Origin: Longimicrobiales bacterium
GTDB taxonomy: Bacteria; Gemmatimonadota; Gemmatimonadetes; Longimicrobiales; Gaopeijiaceae
DNA: 64,000 bases
Reading direction: 5' to 3'
Assembly: GCA_965218295.1 (NCBI GenBank)
Contig: CBDCKN010000013.1
Span: forward strand, 64,001-128,000
Shown: positions 27,462-38,203 of the stretch, piece after piece
Position numbering within the stretch: the stretch's first letter is position 1
Layout: each line of letters begins with the position of its first letter
Program-made: the position numbers and the translations under genes
The notes under the pieces: generated by a model
What the model was told of the DNA's origin: nothing
Database searches by the model: none
Seen by the model: only the letters and a program-made list of their open reading frames with translations

Positions 27462-29217
27462 TCGGGCTCCTCCGCCCCCTGGATGGCCTTGCGCACGGCG
27501 GTACGGACCACCGCGTCGCTGTCGTCTTTCGATTTCTCGAGGGCCTTCTGGGCTTTGGGCATGCGGATCTTGCCCAGCACCCGGGCCGCGGACGCCCGGA
27601 TCTCCGGAGGTTCCTTGCGGCTGAGAAGGCCCTCTTGTTCAGGAGCTTGTCGAGGACCTCGACGGCCCCGGCCCCGCCGAGCATGCCGTAGCTCTCGAAG
27701 ACGGCGATCTTCTCGGTGAGGTCGGCCTGTCGAATCTCCTTGCCCGTGACCACCGCCTTTAAGGCCGGGGCGGCGTTGGTGTATTGCATCCCTGCCAGCG
27801 CCCGGGCGGCCCCGACCCGGACGTCACTCTCCGAGTCCGCGAGCGCGTTGATCAAGCCAGGTGCCGCGCCGCTGGCACCGAGCGTCCGAGCCGCCTCCAC
27901 GCTGGCGAGCCGCGCCGCGGCGTATGTATGGCTCATGAGCCTCACCAGCTTGGGAGCGGCGTCCGACAGGCCCATCTCGCCCACGAGGAGGGCGGCCGCG
28001 GTTGCGATCACGGCGTTCTCGTCCTCCAGGAGCGCGATCACCGCCTCGCGGTTCTCGTCGGCGATGCCCCTCACGGCCCGGCGCAGCGTCTCCTGGAGCC
28101 CCTTTTCCTCCGCTTCCTCGGAAGCCAAGAGAAGGATCGGCAGGGCGTCCGAGCTGAGGTATTTGAGGAGCCGGTCGAGGACCTCCACGGGTACGTCGAT
28201 GGTGCCGTCCCGAAGGGCCCCAACGAGCTCCTCGATGGTCTCGGGCGACGAGAGCTCGTTCATGAGGGCGTCGCACTCCTGCTGCCGCAACTGGTCCAGC
28301 CCCCCCGGCCTAGCCCGAGTGGCGGCCAGCTGCTCCAGGACGTCGGCGGCCGAAGCCACCGCTCCACGACTCAGGAAGTTCGGTAGCAGGTCGCGGAAGA
28401 CCTTCAGGATCTCCGACTGGCGCTCCGCCTGCTCAGGCTCCTCCAACCTGTCGAAGAGGGCGGCGAGGACATCCGCCCGGAGGTCCCTCGACATCTCGGC
28501 TTCGAGCTCTTGCTTGAGCTGCTCCTTCTCCCTTGGATCCAGGGCATAGAGAGCAGGCTGGAAGTCGTCCCGCCCGATCTTCGGCGGTGGTGTCTCCTTC
28601 GTGGGAGCCTCCCCGGTCTCGGCCGAGGCACTCTCCTCTGTCTCCATCTCTTCCTGGAGCACATCCGCCAGCTCGGGGCGATCTTCCTCGGGACGCGCCT
28701 CGGGGACCGCAACGCCGTCCGTGAGCCGGTCCACGTAGTAATACTTGAAGAACTCCAGATCCTCCTCCCAGAGGATGCTGAGGAGGTCGTCGCCCTCGGC
28801 GGCTTTCAACGTCTTGGCCTTCTGGAGAAGACTCAGAAAACGCTCGAGCTCCTGTGCCTCGATGCCCAGGAGGAACGTCACATCCCGGACGCCGTCCTTG
28901 TAGAAGAGGAAAGAGAGGGAATCGGAGCGGGAATCGCTGTGGTAGACCTCCTCGCCGGCCAGCGCGAAACGGTCTTCCTCAACCGAGACGTTGAGACCCT
29001 CAATCTCCTGCCAGAGGTCCTCGAACGCCTCCCGTAGGCTCGTTACGAAGCGCTTGTAGACCGGGTTGTTCTCGTCGTAGAGCTGATAGGCCCGCAGCGC
29101 CTTACCGAGAGTGATGAACAACTCACGGACCTGGGCGAAGGGGAGGTCCTCGACGTCTGACAACTCGGCAGAGCCGCCGTCGCCCTGATCGGAAATATCG
29201 ACGGGGGTATCTGTCAA
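27458..29217 (-). pseudogene. HEAT-repeat protein with a 1-nt frameshift near 27630 (or sequencing error)
   Basis: HEAT repeats continue in a shifted frame (GLLSRKEPPEIRASAARVLG...GAEEPE*) to TGA 27458-27460, overlapping the HD-GYP start (GTGA). Confidence 0.8.
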
Positions 29218-29229
29218 TGGTCGCTCGCT

Positions 29230-30444
29230 CTATCGGCCCGCTGTCTCGGTCTGCGCAATGCTCCCTCGCCCCTCGGTTCGAGCCACGTGGGCAACGTCTT
29301 TGTCCCCTCTGCCGCTCAGGCATACCAGGAGCGAGCCGCGCTCTCGGTACGCCGGCGCGATGTCCAACACGTGAGCGACGGCGTGCGCGCTCTCCAGAGC
29401 CGGTATGATCCCCTCGAGCTCGGACAGCCGGTGAAACGCCGAGAGGGCCTCGTCATCCGTCACCGACGTGTAGTGGGCCCGGCCAGACTCCTTAAGGTGG
29501 GAGTGCTCCGGGCCTACTCCTGGATAGTCCAAACCCGCCGAGATCGAGTGTGCCGGCGCCACTTGGCCGTCGTTGTCCTGAAGAAGATAACTCATGGCCC
29601 CGTGGAGGACACCAGGTTTTCCTGCCGCCAACGTGGCCGAGTGACGGCCCGAGTCGAGGCCCTCCCCCGCCGCCTCGACACCGATCAGCTCGACGTCGTC
29701 GTCCCGAAAAGCGTGGAAGATCCCCATGGCGTTGGACCCCCCACCCACGCACGCCACTACGGCTACGGGGAGGTCTCCCGTCCGATCGAGCATCTGCTCT
29801 CGGGCCTCCTCGCCGATGACGGCCTGGAAGCCGCGCACAATGCGGGGAAAAGGCGCAGGCCCCACCACGGAGCCGATGATGTAGTGGGTCTGCTCGACGT
29901 TGGTCACCCAGTCGCGGATCGCTTCATTCGTGGCGTCCTTGAGGGTGCGAGTCCCTGAGGCCACCTGACGCACCTCAGCGCCCAGGAGCTCCATTCTGTA
30001 GACGTTCAGCGCCTGCCGTGCGACGTCCACCTCTCCCATGTACACCACACACTCGAGATCGAAGAGCGCACACGCCGTCGCGGTGGCGACGCCGTGCTGG
30101 CCCGCTCCGGTCTCGGCGATGATGCGGCGCTTGCCCATGCGGTGAGCCAGGAGAGCCTGACCGATGGTGTTGTTGATCTTGTGAGCGCCGGTGTGGTTGA
30201 GGTCCTCCCTCTTGAAGTAGATGGGCCCCGCCCCCGCGTCCTCTTCGAGGCGCCGAGCACGGTACAGAGGCGACGGGCGACCCACATAGTCACGAAGCAG
30301 AGCGCTCAGCTCACCGCGGAAGGTGGAGTCGGCCGCCGCCTCCTCGTAGGCCGCCTCCAGCTCGTCCAGAGCCGAAATGAGGGTCTCGGGGACATATCGC
30401 CCACCAAAGGACCCGAAGCGATCCGCTTCCGTCTGCATGCTCAT
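29230..30444 (-). CDS. trpB: Tryptophan synthase beta
   Basis: [40 protein letters not shown]. Confidence 0.97.
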   Translation of the reverse strand: MSMQTEADRFGSFGGRYVPETLISALDELEAAYEEAAADSTFRGELSALLRDYVGRPSPLYRARRLEEDAGAGPIYFKREDLNHTGAHKINNTIGQALLAHRMGKRRIIAETGAGQHGVATATACALFDLECVVYMGEVDVARQALNVYRMELLGAEVRQVASGTRTLKDATNEAIRDWVTNVEQTHYIIGSVVGPAPFPRIVRGFQAVIGEEAREQMLDRTGDLPVAVVACVGGGSNAMGIFHAFRDDDVELIGVEAAGEGLDSGRHSATLAAGKPGVLHGAMSYLLQDNDGQVAPAHSISAGLDYPGVGPEHSHLKESGRAHYTSVTDDEALSAFHRLSELEGIIPALESAHAVAHVLDIAPAYRERGSLLVCLSGRGDKDVAHVARTEGRGSIAQTETAGR

Positions 30445-31115
30445 CGCTGTCTCGTATCCGGGATGGGAGCATCGGTCATTCGGGCCTTCCTCACGAACGC
30501 CCGGATCAGGTCATGATCCTTGCGTCGAGGCGAGAGCTCAACGCCCGAGCTGACGTCGACCACGTCCGGAGAGAGGACCCGCACCGCCTGCTCGACGTTG
30601 TCGGGAGTGAGGCCTCCGGCCGCGATGAGCCTGACCCCCGGCGGGAAGGCACCCCTCACCGAGGAGAAGTCCTCCCAGGTGAAGGAGACGCCACCACCAC
30701 CGGGACGCTCAGGGTGCCAGGCATCCAGGAGCAAGCCGTCCACGGAGGTCCCGAACTCATTCAGGGCTCGGATCACGTCGTCGGGCTCTCGCACTCTCAC
30801 GGCCTTCCAGATCGCCCAATCGCCCCGGCTGCGCAACTCCCGGACGAACGCCGGGCTCTCCTCCCCGTGAAGCTGGATCACCGAAGCGCCCACCAGTTCG
30901 GCGATACGCTGGGCCTCATCGAGGGGCTCGTCCACCAGCACCGCGACCACGGGCGTATCGACGGCGAGCCCGATGTCCACAGCCTGGTCGGGCGTTAGGC
31001 TTCTGCTGAAGCCCTGTGAGAGGATCATGCCGAGATAGCTCGCCCCCAACTCCTCGGCGGCGCGGGCGTCCTCCGCGGAGCAGAGCCCACAGATCTTGAC
31101 CCACACGTCACCCAT
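30441..31115 (-). CDS. trpF: Phosphoribosylanthranilate isomerase
   Basis: VKICG, IQLHG, AGGL, DVSSGVE. Confidence 0.93.
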   Translation of the reverse strand: MGDVWVKICGLCSAEDARAAEELGASYLGMILSQGFSRSLTPDQAVDIGLAVDTPVVAVLVDEPLDEAQRIAELVGASVIQLHGEESPAFVRELRSRGDWAIWKAVRVREPDDVIRALNEFGTSVDGLLLDAWHPERPGGGGVSFTWEDFSSVRGAFPPGVRLIAAGGLTPDNVEQAVRVLSPDVVDVSSGVELSPRRKDHDLIRAFVRKARMTDAPIPDTRQR

Positions 31116-31917
31116 GGCCCCGGCCCCTCCGCACCTCTCCCGCAAGGGCCGAGACGCCCGCGCCGGGATCCTGCTGGCGGAGAAGCGACTCCCCGACCAA
31201 CACGGCATCGACGCCCTTGTCCCCCAGCAAGCGTACGTCTTCCCGGGTGCGGATGCCGCTTTCCGAGACCAGGACCACATCCGGGGGAATCCGGTCCAGA
31301 AGGCCGAGCGTCACCTCCAGCCGGGTCTCGAACGTCGTGAGATTCCGGTTGTTCACCCCGATCAGTCGAGCGCCGGCCGCCACACCCCGATCCACTTCCT
31401 CGCCGTCGTGCGCCTCGACCATGGCCGTCATTCCCAGCTCCTCAGCCAACAGGCGCAAAGAGCGCAGTCGGGCGTCGTCCAGGATCCGCACGATCAGCAG
31501 AATCGCATCCGCTCCCGCGGCCCGAGCCTCGTAGATCTGGGACTCGTCGATGAGGAAGTCCTTTCGAAGCACCGGAAGGCCCACGAGTCCTCCAGCGGCG
31601 CTCATGTCCTCGAGGGAGCCTCCGAAGTAGTCCCGATCCGTCAGGACGCTGAGGGCCGCCGCTCCGCCCGCTTCGTAGGTCGGAGCCAGCTGCAGGGGGT
31701 CCAGATCGGGACGGATGGGTCCGGAGCCAGGCGATCGCCTCTTGATCTCCGCGATCACCGCGACGGATTCGCCCCCACTCAGGGCGCCGAGGAAGTCCCG
31801 GGCGGGCTCGGCACTCTCAGCAGCCGCTCGGAGCTCCGCCACGCGATCTCTGAGCCCCTCCACCTCGTGCCGCTTGGTCTCTACAATCCGCCCGAGGATG
31901 TCCGTCGGAGGGCTCAT
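31108..31917 (-). CDS. trpC: Indole-3-glycerol phosphate synthase
   Basis: IAEIKRRSPG, SVLTD, LRKDF, GVNNRNL, SESGI. Confidence 0.95.
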   Translation of the reverse strand: MSPPTDILGRIVETKRHEVEGLRDRVAELRAAAESAEPARDFLGALSGGESVAVIAEIKRRSPGSGPIRPDLDPLQLAPTYEAGGAAALSVLTDRDYFGGSLEDMSAAGGLVGLPVLRKDFLIDESQIYEARAAGADAILLIVRILDDARLRSLRLLAEELGMTAMVEAHDGEEVDRGVAAGARLIGVNNRNLTTFETRLEVTLGLLDRIPPDVVLVSESGIRTREDVRLLGDKGVDAVLVGESLLRQQDPGAGVSALAGEVRRGRGHG

Positions 31918-31962
31918 CGTCGTGCCCACAGGCGCACCACACCCCATGATCCCTGAACAGCC

Positions 31963-32011
31963 TTGCGTTTCGGGCAACGTTCGGGTATCGTTTCTTCGGG
32001 TCCTATTCGGG
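31963..32011 (+). promoter_or_regulatory. lexA promoter with two TTCGGG-N5-TTCGGG direct-repeat boxes (candidate LexA operators)
   Basis: TTGCGT-N17-TATCGT. TTCGGG at 31969, 31980, 31995 and 32006. Confidence 0.7.
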
Positions 32012-32036
32012 TTCCATCGATATGGAGGCGGACACG

Positions 32037-32645
32037 ATGCCCCTGACGAAGCGACAAAAAGAGATCCTCGATCATATTGAGAGTTTCATCGACGAGCACG
32101 GATACGCCCCCAGCTTCGAGGAGATCGCAGCCGCGTTCGGGTACTCCTCCCTTGCCACGGTGCACGAGCACCTCAGCAATCTGGAGCGCAAGGGCTACAT
32201 CCGGAAGGCCTACAACGAGAGCCGGTCCATCGAGCTGGTGGGGCACGCGTCCTCGTCCGGCGCGGTGGAGCTACCTCTCTTCGGAGCGGTGGCGGCCGGG
32301 CTTCCCATCGAGGCCATCGAGGAGCAAGAGACCTTGGCCGTCCCACCGGACATGGTGCGGACCGGCAGCGAGAACTTCGTGCTCCGGGTCGAAGGCGAAT
32401 CCATGATCGATGAGCAGATCCGTGACGGCGACTACATCGTCGTTAGCTCGCAGGACACGGCCGACGACGGGCAGATGGTCGTGGCGCTCGTGGGCGGTGA
32501 CTCGGCGACAGTCAAGAAGCTCTATCGCGAGAGCGACGGCCGCATTCGGCTGCAGCCGGCCAACCCCACCATGCCACCCATCGTGGAGGATCCCGACAAC
32601 GTCCAGATTCGAGGCGTCGTCGTGGGCGTCATCCGCAAGTACTAG
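32037..32645 (+). CDS. lexA: SOS repressor LexA
   Basis: LTKRQKEIL winged HTH, VAAG cleavage site, GESM Ser, TVKK Lys. RBS GGAGG. Confidence 0.96.
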   Translation: MPLTKRQKEILDHIESFIDEHGYAPSFEEIAAAFGYSSLATVHEHLSNLERKGYIRKAYNESRSIELVGHASSSGAVELPLFGAVAAGLPIEAIEEQETLAVPPDMVRTGSENFVLRVEGESMIDEQIRDGDYIVVSSQDTADDGQMVVALVGGDSATVKKLYRESDGRIRLQPANPTMPPIVEDPDNVQIRGVVVGVIRKY

Positions 32646-33697
32646 GGCGCACGCGTAGTCGCTCGTAGCAGGTCCAGGGCTTCCAGAGCCCTGCCGCTGT
32701 CGAGGGCCTCCGTGGCCGCGTCGATGCTCTCCTCCAGCGTGTCGGCAGCACCCGACACATAGATAGCCGCCCCCGCGTTCAGCAGCACGGCCGACCTGGC
32801 GCCTCCCCGCTCGTCTCCCTGAAGCACCGACATTATGACCTGGGCATTGTCCTCGGGCTCGCCTCCAGCCAACTCCTCGGCCGAGCAGGGCTCCATGCCG
32901 AAGTCCTTGGGCCTCACCGTACGCTCGCTCACCAACCCGTCCACCAACTCGGCCACCTGCGTGGGGCCCATGGGACTGAGCTCGTCCAGCCCAGGCTCTC
33001 CGTGCACCACCAGCGCACGGGTATGGCCCAGCTCCCGGAGCGACTCTACCACGAGCGATACCAGGGACGGATCCGCTACACCCACCAGCTGTCTGCCGAC
33101 CCGGGCGGGGTTCGTGAGGGGTCCCAGGATGTTCATCACGGTAGGAAACCCGAGCTCCCTGCGGACGGGCCCCACGTGCCGCATGGCCGGGTGGAGGAGA
33201 GGGGCGAACATGAAGACCAGCCCTACCTCCTTCAGGACCAGGGCCATTTCTTCGGGGGTCAGCTCGATGCGTACCCCTAACGCCTCGAGAACGTCGGCAC
33301 TCCCGCTCCGGGACGTGAAGGAGCGATTCCCGTGCTTCGCGACGCGAGCCCCTGCCCCGCAGGCCACGAGAGCGGCGGCTGTTGAGATGTTGAAGGTGGT
33401 GACGGACCCGCCCCCCGTTCCGCAAGTGTCTATGAGCTGGTCCGTCGCTTCCGAGGCCACCTCCACCATGGCCTTGCGGAGGGCTCTGACGCCACCTGCC
33501 ACCTCCACCGGGATCACGCCCTTCACTCGAAGCGCGGTAAGAAGCGAGGACATCTGCACCGCCGAGGCGCTTCCCTCCATGAAGGCGTCGAACGCGAACT
33601 CGGCCTCGGCGGCGGTGAGGTGCTCTCCGCCGGCGAGCTTGTGAAGGACGTCTGGGAGGTCTGAAGGCGACGACGATCGAGGGGAACTCTGGCTCAT
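32642..33697 (-). CDS. trpD: Anthranilate phosphoribosyltransferase
   Basis: DTCGTGG, NISTA, KHGNR...SGSADVLE. Confidence 0.95.
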   Translation of the reverse strand: MSQSSPRSSSPSDLPDVLHKLAGGEHLTAAEAEFAFDAFMEGSASAVQMSSLLTALRVKGVIPVEVAGGVRALRKAMVEVASEATDQLIDTCGTGGGSVTTFNISTAAALVACGAGARVAKHGNRSFTSRSGSADVLEALGVRIELTPEEMALVLKEVGLVFMFAPLLHPAMRHVGPVRRELGFPTVMNILGPLTNPARVGRQLVGVADPSLVSLVVESLRELGHTRALVVHGEPGLDELSPMGPTQVAELVDGLVSERTVRPKDFGMEPCSAEELAGGEPEDNAQVIMSVLQGDERGGARSAVLLNAGAAIYVSGAADTLEESIDAATEALDSGRALEALDLLRATTRAP

Positions 33698-33830
33698 TCG
33701 AGATGGCGTTCCGTGGACGAAATCCCGTGCCGGAGGGCGCGATTTCCCCGGCAGAATACAGCTACAATTCAACCTTTCGGGCATCGCTTGACAACAGTTG
33801 CGGCCTTTCTACCTTCCGGGCGTGGAATCC

Positions 33831-34628
33831 GTGAGGGTGAATCGCCTCAAGCTGATCCTGCAATATGACGGCTCAGCCTTCTTCGGCTGGCAGATACAGC
33901 GTGAGGAGCGAACCGTTCAAGGGGAGCTCGAAGCGGCTCTGAAGCGTCTTACAGGTGCCCGGCACCCGGTGGAGGGATCGGGCAGAACGGATCGGGGAGT
34001 CCACGCGACCGGTCAGGTGGCAGCCGTGTCCCTCCCGGAGCCCTGGGGACCGCCCAAGCTCAAGAAAGCGCTGAACGCGGTGCTGCCCAACGACATCTGG
34101 ATCGACACCGTCGAGCCGGCGGCCCCCGATTTCAGCCCGCGCTACGATGCCGTCGCCCGCACGTATCTCTATCGCCTCGGCGTCTCGGAGCAGAGCCGGT
34201 CTCCGTTCCACCGTCCGTGGTGCTGGGCCCTGGCGACCGAAGTGGACTCCACCCTCTTGAGTGAGGTCACCGACCTCCTTCCTGGAGAGCACTCGTTCAG
34301 GGCCTTCGCCAAGTCCGGGCGACCGGAGCGTGGTGAGCTCTGCACGGTCCAGGAGTCGCAGTGGGAGCCCTGGGAGGATCTCGGGTTCTCGTTTCGGATA
34401 ACCGCCAACCGCTATCTTCACCATATGGTCCGCTACCTCGTGGGGACGATGGTGGACATCGCGCGCGGACGGCGCCCGGTGGACGACCTGGGCCGTCTGC
34501 TGGCCAACTCGGACGACGACCTGGCGACGTCTCCCCCGGCGCCTCCCGAAGGCCTTTTTCTACATCATGTGGCGTATCCAGCGGAGCCCGCTGCTACGAC
34601 CGGGGACGCCAGCACGACAGCGCCCTAA
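33831..34628 (+). CDS. truA: tRNA pseudouridine(38-40) synthase (start uncertain)
   Basis: [31 protein letters not shown]. Confidence 0.93.
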   Translation: MRVNRLKLILQYDGSAFFGWQIQREERTVQGELEAALKRLTGARHPVEGSGRTDRGVHATGQVAAVSLPEPWGPPKLKKALNAVLPNDIWIDTVEPAAPDFSPRYDAVARTYLYRLGVSEQSRSPFHRPWCWALATEVDSTLLSEVTDLLPGEHSFRAFAKSGRPERGELCTVQESQWEPWEDLGFSFRITANRYLHHMVRYLVGTMVDIARGRRPVDDLGRLLANSDDDLATSPPAPPEGLFLHHVAYPAEPAATTGDASTTAP

Positions 34629-34639
34629 CCGAAAAGAAC

Positions 34640-35296
34640 ATGAGAATCTTTCTCGATACCGCCGACCCCGAAGAGATCCGCCGAGCCAACGCCGCAGGCC
34701 TCATCGACGGCGTGACCACCAACCCGTCCCTCATGGCCAAGGTCGGAGGAGACCGAGAGCCGGAGGATCTCTTCCTGGAGATCTGTCAGACCGTGGACGG
34801 GCCGGTGAGCGCCGAGGTCGTGGCTCTGGACGCCGAGGGCATGGTGGATCAGGGCACACGTCTCGCCAAGATCCACGACAACATCGTCGTCAAGGTCCCT
34901 CTCACGGAGGCGGGGCTCGTCGCGTGCCGTACGCTCAAGAGTGAAGGCATCGGAGTGAACGTGACGCTCTGCTTCTCGCCGACCCAGGCGCTGCTGGCGG
35001 CGAAGGCGGGAGCCACGTTCATCTCTCCTTTCGTCGGCCGCGTCGATGACATCGCGGGCGACGGAATGGAGCTCGTGGGGCAGATCCGCCAGATCTACGA
35101 CAACTATGAGATCGAGACTCAGATTCTGGCCGCGTCCATCCGGCATCCCCAGCACATGGTGCAAGCCCTGATGATCGGCGCCGACTGCGCCACGTTGCCA
35201 GCGAAGGTGCTGTATCAATTGTTGAAGCATCCGTTGACCGACCGCGGCCTGGATGCGTTCCTGGCGGACTGGAAGAAGTTGGGAAAGGATCTTTAG
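34640..35296 (+). CDS. fsa: Transaldolase/fructose-6-phosphate aldolase family
   Basis: [31 protein letters not shown]. Confidence 0.9.
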   Translation: MRIFLDTADPEEIRRANAAGLIDGVTTNPSLMAKVGGDREPEDLFLEICQTVDGPVSAEVVALDAEGMVDQGTRLAKIHDNIVVKVPLTEAGLVACRTLKSEGIGVNVTLCFSPTQALLAAKAGATFISPFVGRVDDIAGDGMELVGQIRQIYDNYEIETQILAASIRHPQHMVQALMIGADCATLPAKVLYQLLKHPLTDRGLDAFLADWKKLGKDL

Positions 35297-36759
35297 TGAG
35301 GTGCCCGTCAGCCTTCGCAACAGTGGCCTTCGCCGTCGTGGCGCTATCCACGACGACCTGTAGCGCGGAGGAAACCCCCAACCCCACCGTCGTTGCGGAG
35401 GCGCCATCGGCAGCCGCTCTGCCGGCGCCAGCAGCCTCGGCGCCTATCGCTTCGTCCCTGCAGCTGCCGGCCGCCGAGCGCTCCGGGCAGCTGGACGAGT
35501 CACGGAGCACGGCCATCGTCGAAGCGGCCACCGAGGTGGCGCCGGCCGTGGTGAGTGTGAATGTCCTCCGGAACGAGCAGGTGCGCACCCGCTCGTTCTT
35601 CGACCCGTTTTCCATGCCCCGAACCCGCCGCAGCCGTGGCTTGGGATCGGGCTTCATAATCAGTAACGACGGCGTGATCCTCACCAACGATCATGTGATT
35701 CAGGGCGCCGAGCGCATCATGGTCACCCTCCCCGACGGCCGTGACTTCGAGGCCGAGCTGGTGGGGACGGATCAGCTCACCGACGTGGCCGTTCTCCGGA
35801 TCAGGGGCGACCGGCTCCCGGTGGCCCGCCTGGGCACGTCGGAGGGGCTGCTCATCGGCGAGTGGGCCCTGGCCATCGGGAATCCCTTCGGGAATCTCTT
35901 CTCGAACTCGGAGCCCAGCGTCACGGCCGGAGTCATCAGCGCCACCGGAAGGCACATCATCCCGGATTCCGACGACCGCGTCGTCTATCTGGGGATGATC
36001 CAGACCGACGCCCCCATAAACCCCGGGAATTCGGGCGGACCACTGGTCAACTCCGCCGGTGAGGTCATCGGTGTCAACAGCTCCATATTCTCCCGGAGTG
36101 GGGGAAGCGAGGGTCTAGGTTTCGCCGTTCCCATCGATCGGGCCATCCGCGTGGCCGACGACCTCATACGCACAGGTGAGCCGACACGGGCGTGGCTCGG
36201 CTTCGAGGTGGACGCCGGCGCGGAGGACATCTGGGGCCGGACGCAGGGGATCGTGGTGGCCAGCGTGTCTCCCGACTCACCGGCCGCACGCATCTCGCGG
36301 GGCGACCGCATCGTCTCCGTGGACGGACAGCCGCTCCATACGCCTCTGGATTTCGAATCCGTGCTCCTGGACCTCAGGGCCGGGGAGTCCATCGCCCTGG
36401 GCGTCGAGGGGCGACCGAGCCCCGTGACCCTGGTATCTGAAGAGGTCCCCTCGGTCTCGGCGGACCGGGTCACCGCCCTGGAGCAGATGCAGCTCGTCAC
36501 CGTGACCTCGCAGATCCGCGCCGAGAGGAACCTCAGATACGAGAGCGGAGCGCTCATCCTGTCCATCGAGCCGCAGCTGGAGAGTCGCATCGGCTTCCGG
36601 ACGGGCGACGTGATCCTCCAGATCAACCGCGCAGGCGTCACCTCAGCCGAGCAGGCCGCAAGCATATTCCGGCGGGCATCGGGCAACATGGTTGTATACA
36701 TCGAACGCAGCGGCGGAGTCATCGTGAGGCAGCTCTCCTTCCGGCGATCCCGTGGCTGA
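35296..36759 (+). CDS. HtrA/DegP-like serine protease with two PDZ domains
   Basis: GSGFI, TNDHV, TDVAV, QTDAPINPGNSGG. Confidence 0.93.
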   Translation: MRCPSAFATVAFAVVALSTTTCSAEETPNPTVVAEAPSAAALPAPAASAPIASSLQLPAAERSGQLDESRSTAIVEAATEVAPAVVSVNVLRNEQVRTRSFFDPFSMPRTRRSRGLGSGFIISNDGVILTNDHVIQGAERIMVTLPDGRDFEAELVGTDQLTDVAVLRIRGDRLPVARLGTSEGLLIGEWALAIGNPFGNLFSNSEPSVTAGVISATGRHIIPDSDDRVVYLGMIQTDAPINPGNSGGPLVNSAGEVIGVNSSIFSRSGGSEGLGFAVPIDRAIRVADDLIRTGEPTRAWLGFEVDAGAEDIWGRTQGIVVASVSPDSPAARISRGDRIVSVDGQPLHTPLDFESVLLDLRAGESIALGVEGRPSPVTLVSEEVPSVSADRVTALEQMQLVTVTSQIRAERNLRYESGALILSIEPQLESRIGFRTGDVILQINRAGVTSAEQAASIFRRASGNMVVYIERSGGVIVRQLSFRRSRG

Positions 36760-38203
36760 TTCCTCAGCCGATCGCTATAGCCATCCGCTCGGAGAGCGCT
36801 ACGCTTCCCGCGAGATGCAGGCCATCTTCGCTCCGGCCAAACGCTACGGAACCTGGCGGCGCCTGTGGCTGGCCCTGGCCGAGGCGCAACAGGAGCTCGG
36901 CCTCCCCGTCACGTCGGAGGCCCTGGACCAGATGCGGCGAGGGCTCGACGACCTGGATCTCGAGAAGGCCGCCGAGTACGAGCGCCGCTTCCGCCACGAC
37001 GTCATGGCGCACGTGCATCTCTTCGGCGACGTAGCGCCCGCGGCAAAGGGCGTCATCCACCTCGGGGCCACCAGCGCCTTCGTCGGGGACAACACGGACC
37101 TGATCCTCCACCGGGAGGCCCTCACCCTGATCCGGGACCGTCTGGTGCGCTGCGTGGCGCGCCTCGCCGACTTCGCTGCCACGCACAAGGACCTGCCCAC
37201 GCTGGGCTACACCCACTTCCAACCGGCCCAGCCGACCACGGTGGGCAAGCGGGCCACCCTTTGGCTTCAGGACTTCATCCTCGACATCGAAGAGCTGGAG
37301 TTCCGCTTGAAGACCCTGCGCTTCCGGGGGGTGAAGGGCACCATCGGGACCCAGGCGTCCTTCCTGGAGCTCTTCGAAGGAGACACCTCCAAGGTCGACG
37401 CGCTCGACCATGCCGTGGCCCACCGAATGGGCTTCGCAGAGCGCTTCGGCGTGACGGGTCAAACCTACCCCCGAAAGATCGATGCACAGATCCTGGGCTC
37501 CCTGGCCAGCGTGGCGGCCTCTGCGTCGAAGATGGGCCACGACCTCCGGTTGCTCGCCAACCTACGGGAGGTGGAGGAGCCCTTCGAAGAAGAGCAGATC
37601 GGCTCGTCGGCCATGCCGTACAAGCGGAACCCCATGCGGGCCGAGCGCATCTGCGCCATGGCGCGCCACGTCATCGTCCTGGCCCAGGATCCGCAGTTCA
37701 CGGCGGCGACCCAGTGGCTGGAGCGCACGCTGGACGACTCGGCCAACCGGCGGCTCTCGATTCCGGACTCGTTCCTCGCGCTGGACGGCATCTTGGTGCT
37801 GGTGGAGAACGTGGCGTCGGGACTCGTCGTGAACCCCGGGGTGATCCGTCGGAACCTGGAGGAGCATCTCCCCTTCATGGCGGCCGAGGCCATCCTCATG
37901 CACGCTTCGACCGCGGGAGGAGACCGCCAGGAGCTCCATGAGCGTATCCGACGGCACTCCCTCGAGACGCTCCGTCGCATGAAGGAGCAGGGCGCGGAGG
38001 CCGATCTGCTGGAGCGTATCGCGGGTGACGACGCGTTCGGGATGACCTTGCCCGATCTCCGAGAGATCGCCGATTCCGCCCGCTTCGTGGGGCGGGCCCC
38101 CGAGCAGGTGGACCGCTTCTTGGCCGAGTGGGTACAGCCGGCCTTGGAACGCCTCGAAGCCGGCGCCAACGAGCGCCTGGGAGAACCCGATGTCCGGGTC
38201 TGA
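36752..38203 (+). CDS. purB: Adenylosuccinate lyase
   Basis: HDVMAH, HLGATS, THFQPAQ, SSAMPYKRNP. Confidence 0.95.
   Translation: MADSSADRYSHPLGERYASREMQAIFAPAKRYGTWRRLWLALAEAQQELGLPVTSEALDQMRRGLDDLDLEKAAEYERRFRHDVMAHVHLFGDVAPAAKGVIHLGATSAFVGDNTDLILHREALTLIRDRLVRCVARLADFAATHKDLPTLGYTHFQPAQPTTVGKRATLWLQDFILDIEELEFRLKTLRFRGVKGTIGTQASFLELFEGDTSKVDALDHAVAHRMGFAERFGVTGQTYPRKIDAQILGSLASVAASASKMGHDLRLLANLREVEEPFEEEQIGSSAMPYKRNPMRAERICAMARHVIVLAQDPQFTAATQWLERTLDDSANRRLSIPDSFLALDGILVLVENVASGLVVNPGVIRRNLEEHLPFMAAEAILMHASTAGGDRQELHERIRRHSLETLRRMKEQGAEADLLERIAGDDAFGMTLPDLREIADSARFVGRAPEQVDRFLAEWVQPALERLEAGANERLGEPDVRV

Noticed and set aside
33775..33782. LexA box at the trpD/truA promoter
   Set aside because: Only a single TTCGGG, with no partner at 11-bp spacing.
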